Virus record (IMG/VR): IMGVR_UViG_3300020450_001133
From: a virus
Lineage: Duplodnaviria; Caudoviricetes
Length of the DNA stretch: 64,000 nt
Reading direction: 5' to 3' (one strand)
The notes beneath the pieces were generated by a model. That model had not been told where the DNA came from. It did no database searches and saw nothing but the letters and a program-made list of their open reading frames with translations. Shown piece by piece: positions 8,282-17,370 of this stretch; within the stretch, counting starts at the first letter, position 1, and each line of letters starts with the position of its first letter. Made by a program: the position numbers and the translations under genes.

Positions 8282-9223
8282 TTAACCTGTTATTAATTTT
8301 CTAATGTTTCCACGGAATGTATAATGTCCTACATGGTTAAGTCCAGTTCTAGGATCTAGGAATACTTCTCCGCCCATTTGTTGCCATAGTCTACAGAATG
8401 TATAATCCTCTGACAAGTAACGTCTACTGTCTGGATCAATCATTGTGTCAAACAATGCGTACATGTGTTTTTCAAACTTCTGATCCACATTTATATCATT
8501 TGCATATTTTAATTCTGGATGTGCATCAAACATTTTTTGAATAACTTCTTTTTGAATACACATGAATCCTGTGCCAGCATCTTTTAATTTTATCAAGTTA
8601 TCTCTAATTTGTATTTGATTTTGTGGATTACCATCTTCGTCTGTAACAAATTCAAAGTTTACAACATAATTAGAACTATGTCCTTCTATAGTTTCAGTTG
8701 TTTCTTCTTCATTACGTCTTGCGGCTTCTATAATACTTTGCCAGTTAATTGCTTTTTTAGGGTAAGCACCAACTGTAATTGGTCTGTCGTATGCAACCAT
8801 TCTAAGTAAGTCATTTGGGTCAAACTCTATGTCGGCATCTATAAAGAATAAATGTGATGCATCAGGGTGTTCCATAAAGAAACTTACTAAGGTGTTACGT
8901 CCTCTAGTAATCAGACTTTCATTTGCCAATGTGCTTACAGTAAATTGAATATCATACTTGTTACAAAGAATTGCTAATCTCATCATACTTCTAAAATAAG
9001 GCTCACCAATTTGTCCACCATAACAAGGAGTTGCAATAAAAATGTGCTTGTTTCTTAATACTTCAATTGGTATTTCAATTTTAGCATCAAGCAATTTATA
9101 TAATACATCATCTTGGTCGGGTGTAACATTTGCTGTAACTTTCTTTTCGTCTGCAACGGGAGTTGTTGCTTTAGATTTTGACTGCTTAGGAGTCTTTGCT
9201 CTACTCTTCTTTCGTTTTGCCAT
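8282..9223 (-). CDS. GT-A-fold glycosyltransferase-like phage protein
   Basis: IFIATPCYGG, SLITRGRN, LFFIDADIEF (DxD), DAGTGFM, LSEDYTFC, LNHVG. Confidence 0.8.
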   Translation of the reverse strand: MAKRKKSRAKTPKQSKSKATTPVADEKKVTANVTPDQDDVLYKLLDAKIEIPIEVLRNKHIFIATPCYGGQIGEPYFRSMMRLAILCNKYDIQFTVSTLANESLITRGRNTLVSFFMEHPDASHLFFIDADIEFDPNDLLRMVAYDRPITVGAYPKKAINWQSIIEAARRNEEETTETIEGHSSNYVVNFEFVTDEDGNPQNQIQIRDNLIKLKDAGTGFMCIQKEVIQKMFDAHPELKYANDINVDQKFEKHMYALFDTMIDPDSRRYLSEDYTFCRLWQQMGGEVFLDPRTGLNHVGHYTFRGNIRKLITG

Positions 9224-9300
9224 GTGTTATCCTGTAAAAAACTATTTGTGTATTGTACAGTATTTACTCTAAAAGTCAAGTAGAAAGGATAAGTTTTGGT

Positions 9301-9468
9301 TTACTTCTGGTCGGGCTTTCTGGAAATGAACTGATTTAATTTCTCTGCTTCTTTGATAACGTCTTCGGTAGATGGCATAAGGTCAGGTTTGTTAGCCTGT
9401 GCCTGTAAAATTAAACGTGCTTCTTGAATAAGTTCTAATCTTATTTCGTATGGTGTTTTATTAGACAA
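9301..9468 (-). CDS. Small hypothetical phage protein
   Basis: Probable TTG start at 9468 after AGGAG (SNKTPYEIRLELIQEAR...); the ORF track starts at 9495. Confidence 0.55.
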   Translation of the reverse strand: MSNKTPYEIRLELIQEARLILQAQANKPDLMPSTEDVIKEAEKLNQFISRKPDQK

Positions 9469-9504
9469 TTTAATTGTTCTCCTACATTTACACAACTTAT
9501 TTAT

Positions 9505-10221
9505 CTAATTTTTGAATAAAGTACCTCCTTGGTACTTCCTATAACATACGTTTATATCTGAGAAATCTTCTACGGCACAACTTAAAACAACTCTGTCAAC
9601 GTTGCTTAATTCGTTATAACCTCTATGAAAAATCATTGTGTTGTAAAATGCAGGAACTGTTGGTCTGTCCCAACGACAAAGTATTTCTGTATCTTCCATA
9701 TCTGTTTTTGTAATGAAGCCATGTTTCTCATTGTCTCTAGGATCTATATTTTTAAATCTAGGAAATGTTGCCCATTGTCCTTCCATTACTTCAGCATCGC
9801 CAAACACAGGAAAGTTTAATGCACATTGTCTTGTGTGAAACACAGGCCCTTCACAATGCCATCTACTGTTTGCATTAGCAGGTGTTCTCAACATTAATAT
9901 ACTTGAAAACTTTAAGTTCAATGTATCGCCTAAAAATTCTTTCATGCGTTTACTTAAATCAAAATTTACTTCTTCGTATAAATTTACTTCTTTGAAATCA
10001 CGTTTATCTTGTGTGCTGTTTTCTTCTACTTTTATATAACTTTGATACCAGTTAGCACTTAAACTTCTACTTTCTTTGTTTTCAACCTTTTCTTGATTCT
10101 TATCATCTTTTTCTGCTTCATATCTTTGTTGTTCACTAACAAAATATTGCTGTACATCAAAAGGAATCTCAGGCATTTCTGGCACTTCGAAAAAATATGG
10201 TAACTCTATTCTTTGACTCAT
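9505..10221 (-). CDS. 2OG-Fe(II) oxygenase-like protein, paralog 3 of a tandem triplet
   Basis: LPYFFEVPE..PFDV; WHCEGP..RQCALNF; FYNTMIFHRGYN; RVVLS. Confidence 0.65.
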   Translation of the reverse strand: MSQRIELPYFFEVPEMPEIPFDVQQYFVSEQQRYEAEKDDKNQEKVENKESRSLSANWYQSYIKVEENSTQDKRDFKEVNLYEEVNFDLSKRMKEFLGDTLNLKFSSILMLRTPANANSRWHCEGPVFHTRQCALNFPVFGDAEVMEGQWATFPRFKNIDPRDNEKHGFITKTDMEDTEILCRWDRPTVPAFYNTMIFHRGYNELSNVDRVVLSCAVEDFSDINVCYRKYQGGTLFKN

Positions 10222-10946
10222 TTAAAAAGATTTCCTTCTTGATATACTTTGTGAACTGCATGTATATCTATATTTTCTTGTAATGCAATACTTAAAATAG
10301 TCCTATGTTGATTACAATGTTCATTTACTCCTCTATGTAAATACATTGTATTATAAAAAAATCCGCGATTTAAAACATCACTAACGTAGGTGCCATTTTC
10401 ATAAACTTCCATTTCAGGTACATATTCTGCTTTAACATAACCTTTTTGTTCAACTTGCTCAGGCGGTAAGTCTCCCCAAAGTTTACAATATCCCCATTCT
10501 GCTTTAGTTTTGTTTAGTTCACCTTCAACTAAAAAATTTAATGCACATCTTCTACTACGCAACATTGGGCCTTCACAATGCCACCAACCATTTTGACCAG
10601 GTAATGTTCTTAATAAACTTACACTTGTCATTCTTACAGTAAAAGTATCTTTTGACCATTCCCTTAACAACTTGCTCATTTCGGCATTTTGTTCTTCTGT
10701 CATTCCTGTACTTTCACTTAAAGTTGCACCTTGTGTTTTTTCTGCACCAGTGCCACCAAACCCTTGTAAGTACCAACCTGCTTCTTTAGATGCAGTACGT
10801 CCTTGTTGCAGTTTGTCTAAATAATCTGAGTTCCCATCAAAGATTTGGTCATCTTTATTCATAAGGTCATCTTCTTGATATACATATTTCATTACATCAA
10901 ACGGCAACTCTATCTCTGGTACTTCAAAATAGTAAGGTAAACTCAT
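10218..10946 (-). CDS. 2OG-Fe(II) oxygenase-like protein, paralog 2
   Basis: LPYYFEVPE..PFDV; WHCEGP..RRCALNF; FYNTMYLHRGVN; RTILS. Confidence 0.65.
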   Translation of the reverse strand: MSLPYYFEVPEIELPFDVMKYVYQEDDLMNKDDQIFDGNSDYLDKLQQGRTASKEAGWYLQGFGGTGAEKTQGATLSESTGMTEEQNAEMSKLLREWSKDTFTVRMTSVSLLRTLPGQNGWWHCEGPMLRSRRCALNFLVEGELNKTKAEWGYCKLWGDLPPEQVEQKGYVKAEYVPEMEVYENGTYVSDVLNRGFFYNTMYLHRGVNEHCNQHRTILSIALQENIDIHAVHKVYQEGNLFK

Positions 10947-10955
10947 ATTAAATAT

Positions 10956-11537
10956 TTATTTGAATAATTTTCCACTTTCATATAAGTTAGAAACTTCTTC
11001 TATATCTTCTCTTATAGCGGCACTAATTACTAATCTATTCCAACCTGTAAAATTAAATACTCTGTGCCAATGCATTGTATTATAAATTGTTGCTTGTCCG
11101 GGTGTCATTCTATGTTCTGCTAAAACTTCCAGGTTTTCATCTTCCCACCATGTAGGTTCTTTTTCATTATTTACTATATCTTCAACTGCACCTCTTGTTG
11201 CCCACTGAACATAACTGCGTTCATAGTCTCCAGCAACCATAAAGTTTAAAGCACACTTCCTGCCAAATGTTCCTGGGCCTTCACTATGCCAAGGACTCGA
11301 TGCATTACACATTGTATTTAAAAGTGTTAAACTTCCAACTGGTATTGTTAATGTATCTTGTAAATATGTTTTTACACTTTCATACCAATTCTCAGGAACT
11401 ACTCTATATTGAAAACTGTTACCTCCAAGTCCTAATCCTGTTGGTGACATATAGTCAGCAGGGTGTTGGACATAAGGCTTATCATCTACATCAAAAGGTA
11501 ATATAAGTTCTGGTATGTCTAGATAGTAGGGTATCAT
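10956..11537 (-). CDS. 2OG-Fe(II) oxygenase-like protein, paralog 1
   Basis: IPYYLDIPE..PFDV; WHSEGP..RKCALNF; IYNTMHWHRVFN; RLVIS; preceded by ATAAATA-GTAGC-ATG. Confidence 0.65.
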   Translation of the reverse strand: MIPYYLDIPELILPFDVDDKPYVQHPADYMSPTGLGLGGNSFQYRVVPENWYESVKTYLQDTLTIPVGSLTLLNTMCNASSPWHSEGPGTFGRKCALNFMVAGDYERSYVQWATRGAVEDIVNNEKEPTWWEDENLEVLAEHRMTPGQATIYNTMHWHRVFNFTGWNRLVISAAIREDIEEVSNLYESGKLFK

Positions 11538-11552
11538 GCTACTATTTATCGG

Positions 11553-11714
11553 CTAATTTGTCAGTAAACTAGCAATAAAGAGTAAGATAGTGACTGTGCC
11601 TAAGAAAATTGCTAACACAAGATAGGCAAACATAAGAATTCTAAAAGGGGTAAGTTCGAGATTATCGCTTTTCTTTCCGACACCTATTACGGCTTTGAGT
11701 GCCTCTTTAATCAA
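11553..11714 (-). CDS. Small membrane protein (53 aa), absent from the ORF track
   Basis: TTG start overlaps the upstream TGA (TTGA); reads MIKEALKAVIGVGKKSDNLELTPFRILMFAYLVLAIFLGTVTILLFIASLLTN with one long hydrophobic helix. Confidence 0.55.
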   Translation of the reverse strand: MIKEALKAVIGVGKKSDNLELTPFRILMFAYLVLAIFLGTVTILLFIASLLTN

Positions 11715-11983
11715 AAGAATATATTATTCATGTACATAACAGCACCCATAAATCCAAGTGCGGATATTTGAATAATCGTTGCAATTATTATAAACTTAAA
11801 TTGTCTGTCTCCCCACCATTTAAGTTCTGTTTCATACCAATCCTCGATTTGCTCTGGGGTAGCATCGGGTAGATTGGCAAATGTATTGTATATGACTTTT
11901 TCTTTTGGAGAATAGTTTGGAAGAGATTCTACATCTTTAAATATAGGTCTCTTCCAGGAATCATATCCAACTATTTTTTTCAT
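11711..11983 (-). CDS. Small membrane protein
   Basis: 90 aa with a C-terminal hydrophobic helix; coupled to the pseudoazurin gene. Confidence 0.6.
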   Translation of the reverse strand: MKKIVGYDSWKRPIFKDVESLPNYSPKEKVIYNTFANLPDATPEQIEDWYETELKWWGDRQFKFIIIATIIQISALGFMGAVMYMNNIFF

Positions 11984-12423
11984 TATAACTCTGACAAATA
12001 CTTGTCCAGTCTGTCTTTATTCATCACAAATGATTTACCGTATTGTCCTGCAAATCTTTTGGTTGCATCATCAACAGTTGCATTGCCAACTTTGATAACA
12101 CCTACCATTGCCATCATTTTATGAGGTGTACATTCATACACATAAACACCTTCAGTGTTTAATGTTACTGAAATGTCTTTGCTCATTGCACCTTTCCAAG
12201 GTGTTGCTCCTGCAGGAGTTAATACTGAAGCGGAGTTATGTGCCATATCCGTTGCTTCAAATTTAACTGTATCTCCGACATTTACAGATAATACAGCAGG
12301 TTCAAAAATCATCATGCCGCCTGCACCGTTGTTTAACATTTTTACTACATGCTCAGCCGCAAAGGTTGGAGCAGATAACATTAACATTAAGAATGCAGTT
12401 GCTATTTTGTGTGTGTTTTTCAT
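11983..12423 (-). CDS. Pseudoazurin-like type I copper protein with signal peptide
   Basis: Signal peptide ending TFA-AE; MIFEPAVLSVNVGDTVKF; Cu ligands in AHN and ECTPHKMMAM. Confidence 0.92.
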   Translation of the reverse strand: MKNTHKIATAFLMLMLSAPTFAAEHVVKMLNNGAGGMMIFEPAVLSVNVGDTVKFEATDMAHNSASVLTPAGATPWKGAMSKDISVTLNTEGVYVYECTPHKMMAMVGVIKVGNATVDDATKRFAGQYGKSFVMNKDRLDKYLSEL

Positions 12424-13589
12424 TTTATCTCCGGTAATGGATTTCTTGATCCAACTGCTTGTTCAATTGAATCGAATCCGTCTTTTTTAAGTAATTTAAC
12501 TAATCCTCTATTAATTTCATTAATGTTTTGAGGACCGTCAAATATCATTGTTGTAATCATGTGTAGTAAACTAGCACCAGATGTTATTTTCTCATAAGCA
12601 TCTTTGGCACTAAAAATACCACCAACGCCTATTATAGTTATCTTTCCTCTAGTTCTTCTGTACACATGTCTGATAACATTTGTAGAAATACGTTGTAATG
12701 GCAATCCACTCATTGCACCTTTACCTTTGGGTAGCAATCCTTTTTCAGTTGGATATTCCTCTGGTCTATGCTCTGAATTGTATTGTGGTTTTGCAAGGTT
12801 TGTACATACTACACCGTCCATGCCATGTTCAATACAACCATCTACAATGATGTCTATTTCATCTAATGTCATATCAGCCGCAAGTTTTACATAAATTGGT
12901 TTATCACTTATCGGTCTAATTTCTTCGTTTATCCTAGTTAATAATGCATCTAGGTTTTTCTTGTCTACAAATGGTTCACCGTCTTGCGTATTAGGACAAC
13001 TGATGTTTACATCATAGTAGTCACCAATATCTACAAACAGTTTCATTGTTTTCAAGTAATCGTTGATAGACATCTCTAGGTCAAACTCAGGTGTTAGGTT
13101 TGAATTAGCCGCATTGATACCAACACGAAGTCTTCCAAAATCTTCACCTGCTAATCTTTTAGATATTTTTTCTGATCCTTCGTTGTTTAGTCCATACCAT
13201 ACAACGATTGCTTTTGACTTAATCATTCTAAATAATCTTTTACCTGGATTACCTGGGCATATCTCACCTGTGAATGATCCTAGTTCAGCAAGTCCAAATC
13301 CAATTGACGGATATATTTTTGTTAATTCTCCGTCTTTATCAAATCCAGCAGAAAGACCTACAGGGTTTCTATAGTCTATACCGTCTACTGTGATTGCTAA
13401 ACTCTTGTCGTTGTAATCCATTAAAAGACTTGTTAGTCCTCTTGTTATTGGATTACTTCCTAACAACACACCCATACGTTTTAATGAATAGTGTGCTTGT
13501 TCTGGTTCCATTAAAAATATTAATGGTCTAATGGCTCTAAATCCTAACCATAGAATCTTATTTCTGATTCCTACTATAAAGTTTTTCAT
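12420..13589 (-). CDS. pyrD: Dihydroorotate dehydrogenase, class 2 (quinone-dependent)
   Basis: N-terminal membrane-anchor region, NPVGLSAGFDK, VNISCPNT, PIYVKL, CTN, GAMSG, GVGGI. Confidence 0.9.
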   Translation of the reverse strand: MKNFIVGIRNKILWLGFRAIRPLIFLMEPEQAHYSLKRMGVLLGSNPITRGLTSLLMDYNDKSLAITVDGIDYRNPVGLSAGFDKDGELTKIYPSIGFGLAELGSFTGEICPGNPGKRLFRMIKSKAIVVWYGLNNEGSEKISKRLAGEDFGRLRVGINAANSNLTPEFDLEMSINDYLKTMKLFVDIGDYYDVNISCPNTQDGEPFVDKKNLDALLTRINEEIRPISDKPIYVKLAADMTLDEIDIIVDGCIEHGMDGVVCTNLAKPQYNSEHRPEEYPTEKGLLPKGKGAMSGLPLQRISTNVIRHVYRRTRGKITIIGVGGIFSAKDAYEKITSGASLLHMITTMIFDGPQNINEINRGLVKLLKKDGFDSIEQAVGSRNPLPEIK

Positions 13590-13645
13590 ATGCTTCTCCT
13601 ATTTTAAGCAAGAAATTTTTTATTCCCTAATGGCGAATAAAAAGT

Positions 13646-13756
13646 TTAATATGTTAGCAAAAATGCCAACAACATTACCAAAGGTATCTCCCATGGTATA
13701 AAAACTATACCCAACAGCAGTGGGTATTGTTTTGCAAATGTCCAAATATGCCTCAT
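13646..13756 (-). CDS. Micro membrane protein (36 aa)
   Basis: MRHIWTFAKQYPLLLGIVFIPWEIPLVMLLAFLLTY; starts 2 nt after the preceding micro-ORF stop. Confidence 0.45.
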   Translation of the reverse strand: MRHIWTFAKQYPLLLGIVFIPWEIPLVMLLAFLLTY

Positions 13757-13758
13757 GC

Positions 13759-13842
13759 CTATTGAACAATTCCTAATACACTAATAACAAAAATTGATAC
13801 TAATGATATAACTTCAAATTTATCTCTAATGTCATCAGACAT
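13759..13842 (-). CDS. Micro membrane protein (27 aa)
   Basis: MSDDIRDKFEVISLVSIFVISVLGIVQ with a good AAGGAG SD. Confidence 0.5.
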   Translation of the reverse strand: MSDDIRDKFEVISLVSIFVISVLGIVQ

Positions 13843-13975
13843 CGCTACTCCTTCTGTGTATGTAATAAGCATGTTCTATATCACGTAAACTTCTCATAAT
13901 GCCTGCCATCGAGTCTCCTACCTGTACAGAGAACAGGAGACTAGCAAAAATTATAGAACGTTTCACTTGTATCAT
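13835..13975 (-). CDS. Micro protein (46 aa)
   Basis: MIQVKRSIIFASLLFSVQVGDSMAGIMRSLRDIEHAYYIHRRSSDV; its end overlaps the next start; contains an internal hairpin. Confidence 0.4.
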   Translation of the reverse strand: MIQVKRSIIFASLLFSVQVGDSMAGIMRSLRDIEHAYYIHRRSSDV

Positions 13976-14028
13976 TATAAGGGAGAATGATTATATAAAC
14001 AAAACTTATTGCCTATTATAGAAGGTAT

Positions 14029-14101
14029 TTATAATATATTATAAAAAAACTTATAAAAAACATGTTTTTTATAACTTTCAGTTTAAAACTTGTATAAGTT
14101 T
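14029..14101. repeat. Cluster of AT-rich palindromes
   Basis: Perfect 16-bp TTATAATATATTATAA (14029-14044), perfect 24-bp TTATAAAAAACATGTTTTTTATAA (14051-14074), and AAACTT-GTAT-AAGTTT (14086-14101). Confidence 0.7.
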
Positions 14102-15149
14102 ATAACGATTTTGTTATGCTGATATCGTTTAAATTGTTGCAATATTCAAAAGGACAAGTGTATTCTTCTTTGGGTAATTTTAATTCTTTAATTTGAGTGA
14201 TGTTTCCAAAACTTTTTGCACCGCACCAACTACTTAATATTTCTCCATGCATGTCTATATTAAGTCCTTCAGAACCTAAATGACATTTCATACCAGCAAA
14301 TTTGTTTAATCCTTCATTTATTATTTGATGACTTTGCACATACTTTACTGTTCCATCTTCATACTTAAATTCAGTTGACCAATACTTAGGATCGCTTTTT
14401 ACATGGCTAGGTGTATTATCTTCTATGGGTTGGGGTCTTGGTTTTACTCCAGGACGTTGCATTATTTCTATTTCTTCTGGTGCATAGTTATACCAAGTTT
14501 CTTGTGTATCGTAGTTATTATTATCGCCCAATAATTTTTTATACAATGTTTTTACGGCAATACTTACATCATACACACTTTGCCTATCATTGTTATTAAA
14601 TAACTCTCTTAATTCTTCGCCATAGTCGTATAATTCTTTAACTTGACCACTAACACCAGCAATACTTATATCTACCGTTACATGCCCTTTAAGAACGTCT
14701 ACAACCTCTTTAAAGTGTTGCTTATCCATTGTTAAAGGATGATATGTTAATACAACACCTTGTAAATAGTTTCTTGCTTCTTCCCACCATCTTACTGTTC
14801 TACTACCATTAGAATAAACTGTAACATTTGCTTTATAATCATATAGTCTTTGTAAAATTTCTTCAAAGTCAGGTATTGTTGTAACTTCGCCACCTATAAG
14901 TTCCCAATGCATAGCACGAACTTTTTCTTCACCATTATGTATATAAGTGTTATTTTTATAATACTCACATACTTTGTCTATAGTTTTAAGATATGTTTCT
15001 TTAGGCATCCAAGGATTAGTGCCATCATGTAGTACAGTAGGACAATAATCACAAGAGAAATTACAGGTATTACCCATGCTCCATTGAATATTAACTGGAT
15101 TATTTGGTGCGTGAAAATGTGGCCCTACAACCGATATGAGTTTACTCAT
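14100..15149 (-). CDS. Radical SAM protein with C-terminal Cys cluster (SPASM/twitch-like)
   Basis: CNFSCDYC (CxxxCxxC), GGEVT, YSNGSR, C-terminal CHLG..WCG..CPFEYCN. Confidence 0.9.
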   Translation of the reverse strand: MSKLISVVGPHFHAPNNPVNIQWSMGNTCNFSCDYCPTVLHDGTNPWMPKETYLKTIDKVCEYYKNNTYIHNGEEKVRAMHWELIGGEVTTIPDFEEILQRLYDYKANVTVYSNGSRTVRWWEEARNYLQGVVLTYHPLTMDKQHFKEVVDVLKGHVTVDISIAGVSGQVKELYDYGEELRELFNNNDRQSVYDVSIAVKTLYKKLLGDNNNYDTQETWYNYAPEEIEIMQRPGVKPRPQPIEDNTPSHVKSDPKYWSTEFKYEDGTVKYVQSHQIINEGLNKFAGMKCHLGSEGLNIDMHGEILSSWCGAKSFGNITQIKELKLPKEEYTCPFEYCNNLNDISITKSL

Positions 15150-15167
15150 ATCAATATTTATCGTATT

Positions 15168-16025
15168 TTAAGAACTTAATTTATCAATGATATCATTTAG
15201 AATGCGTTCAGTTGCCATTTGGTCATAAGACATTTTTGCATCTACTCTTTTCCATTCTGTATCTTCCCAAATTTTGCCTTTTTGTATCCAACTGTAAACT
15301 TGTTTTAATTCTGTTGGAATAGGGAACGGAGCATGATGATTAACTATAACATTTTCTGCAATTTCATCTGTGTACCCAGGCTTACAAAATCCGTGTACAC
15401 AATCAAAAAATTCTACATACTCGCTATTTGTTTCGTCAGCAAAGATTTTACTTTTTTCAGGACTAGTCCAAATATCCTCTGCACCATGATAGCACGTTAC
15501 GTCATATTCTTTTGCTTTGTAAAATGCATCTTCAAAGGGCCATAAGTTCCCATAACATAATGCAAAAAATGTTTCCTTAGGTAATATTTCGTTGTAATGT
15601 GCAATTACATTTGCAACTGTATCAGCACCCCAACTAAATCCAACAAATGCTAATTTTTTTAAATCAAGTCCTGCAAACATATTTCTATGATTCTCACATA
15701 AAAATTTATATGCTTCTACAGTTTCTAATGCTCTCATTTTAGGACTTACATATCCACTAAAGTCATTCCAGCCTATGGCTTCCATACTCCTTCCTGTAAA
15801 ACTATCTACACATAATGTTGCTATGCCTTGTTGCCCTAAACTATCAACAAATAAATCAGTATCACTACCTAATCCACCTGAACCATGACTTATAATACAC
15901 AATGGTTGGTCACCTGCAAACTTATCTGGTATTACTAATTGACATCCAATTCTAATTGGTGTATCGTCCCAAAAAATGTTTTTAGAACTTTGTACTTGAA
16001 ATAAAACTCTTTTTATGTTTTTCAT
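15168..16025 (-). CDS. Dienelactone hydrolase-family alpha/beta hydrolase
   Basis: IISHGSGG, VGFSWGA (nucleophile elbow GxSxG), HGAEDIW, HGF. Confidence 0.8.
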   Translation of the reverse strand: MKNIKRVLFQVQSSKNIFWDDTPIRIGCQLVIPDKFAGDQPLCIISHGSGGLGSDTDLFVDSLGQQGIATLCVDSFTGRSMEAIGWNDFSGYVSPKMRALETVEAYKFLCENHRNMFAGLDLKKLAFVGFSWGADTVANVIAHYNEILPKETFFALCYGNLWPFEDAFYKAKEYDVTCYHGAEDIWTSPEKSKIFADETNSEYVEFFDCVHGFCKPGYTDEIAENVIVNHHAPFPIPTELKQVYSWIQKGKIWEDTEWKRVDAKMSYDQMATERILNDIIDKLSS

Positions 16026-16627
16026 TTGTTTAACTCTTTAAATTTATCAAAATGCATTTTCCACACTACTTGTGGAACAGAATAAAATTCTGTAATACCT
16101 TCAGGCTCTGCAATACCTTTTTTAAGCCACCAATTTCTTTTTACATAGTCAGTAATAGTGTTACTACTTCTTACATAATTATCTGCATAGGCTTTGTTGG
16201 CTAATGTAGTTCCAAATGTTGCTTTAAAATTAGATTGTTTAGTTGCCCATTCACAATTAAAATATAGTAAGCCATCAAACTCAGGCATCTCTCCTCTGCC
16301 ATATCTTGTTGCTCTAGTCATTGGTATATCATTTTTAGGTATTCTACAAAGACGTGTCCATATTCTATAATATCCATCTTTGTATTCAGGCATATATTGT
16401 ACACCTGCTACTGCATAAATTTCATTTGTGGGTATATGGACCATGCAATGATATTGTATTTCATCTACTTTCATTGCTTCTGGTGATGAGTTATTTTCGT
16501 ATCCACAGTCTTTTGCAATACTGCAGAACTTTTCTAGTTGCGGTAACCATTTGTCGCTGTATTCTATACAGCCTATTTTTCCTTCAAAAAATGTTCTTAA
16601 GATTTCTTTATCGTTGATATCATCCAT
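16022..16627 (-). CDS. Hypothetical protein, possibly GNAT-fold
   Basis: EIYAVAGV...YYRIWTRLC beta-strand pattern resembles GNAT motif A; weak evidence. Confidence 0.4.
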   Translation of the reverse strand: MDDINDKEILRTFFEGKIGCIEYSDKWLPQLEKFCSIAKDCGYENNSSPEAMKVDEIQYHCMVHIPTNEIYAVAGVQYMPEYKDGYYRIWTRLCRIPKNDIPMTRATRYGRGEMPEFDGLLYFNCEWATKQSNFKATFGTTLANKAYADNYVRSSNTITDYVKRNWWLKKGIAEPEGITEFYSVPQVVWKMHFDKFKELNK

Positions 16628-17370
16628 CTGCCTACATCCATTTCATACCATTTAGTATTAAAGTTTAATCTTCTTGGTCTGTAATGATGATTGTTATGTA
16701 AACTTTCACCCCATGTAAATAATGCTAACCAAGGATTATTAGTACTTCTATTCTTCATTGGTGTTGTTTCGTATGTCAAACCTTTAATAGGTGTATGACC
16801 AAATACGTTTACAATACCACTTATAATTACACTTAGAAAACTTGCATTTAAACTAGCAAGTATATATCTTCCTTCAACACCCGGAATCCAAAAAGTTAGT
16901 AAACCTAAAAGTGCTAAATTTAATAATATTAAAAAGTGATAATTTTTATGACACCATAATGCAAACGGATCAAGTTGTTTTCTTATTTTAAACAACTCTG
17001 TTCTGGCAAATTCATGATTTGCTTTGTGGAATATCCAACCAAAAAATGCATAAAATAATCCTTTAGTTGGAGTGTGTACATCTCCTTCTTTGTCTGTGTG
17101 TGCATGATGACTTCTGTTGTGTAAAAGGCTCCATGTAATAGGAGAGCCTTGTGCTCCTTGACAACCTAAATATAGTAGTAATTTTCTTATAGGTTCCCAA
17201 GTTTTAAAACTGTTGTGACTATGTAATCTATGGAATCCAACACTTATACCGTATCCACTATAAAGGATAGTGAATAAAGCAGTTGCACAATATAATTGTA
17301 AACTGCCGTTGAACATACTCCATATTAAGGATAAAAATGCTACTGGTAAAAATATTAAATAAAATAACAT
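16597..17370 (-). CDS. Membrane fatty-acid (acyl-CoA delta-9-like) desaturase
   Basis: His boxes HRLHSH, HNRSHHAH, HNNHH plus transmembrane segments. Confidence 0.92.
   Translation of the reverse strand: MLFYLIFLPVAFLSLIWSMFNGSLQLYCATALFTILYSGYGISVGFHRLHSHNSFKTWEPIRKLLLYLGCQGAQGSPITWSLLHNRSHHAHTDKEGDVHTPTKGLFYAFFGWIFHKANHEFARTELFKIRKQLDPFALWCHKNYHFLILLNLALLGLLTFWIPGVEGRYILASLNASFLSVIISGIVNVFGHTPIKGLTYETTPMKNRSTNNPWLALFTWGESLHNNHHYRPRRLNFNTKWYEMDVGRWMISTIKKS

Noticed and set aside
13617-13643. Inverted repeat upstream of pyrD as a riboswitch or attenuator
   Set aside because: The stem is mostly A-U, with no alternative structure or known aptamer evident; at most a weak terminator or processing site.
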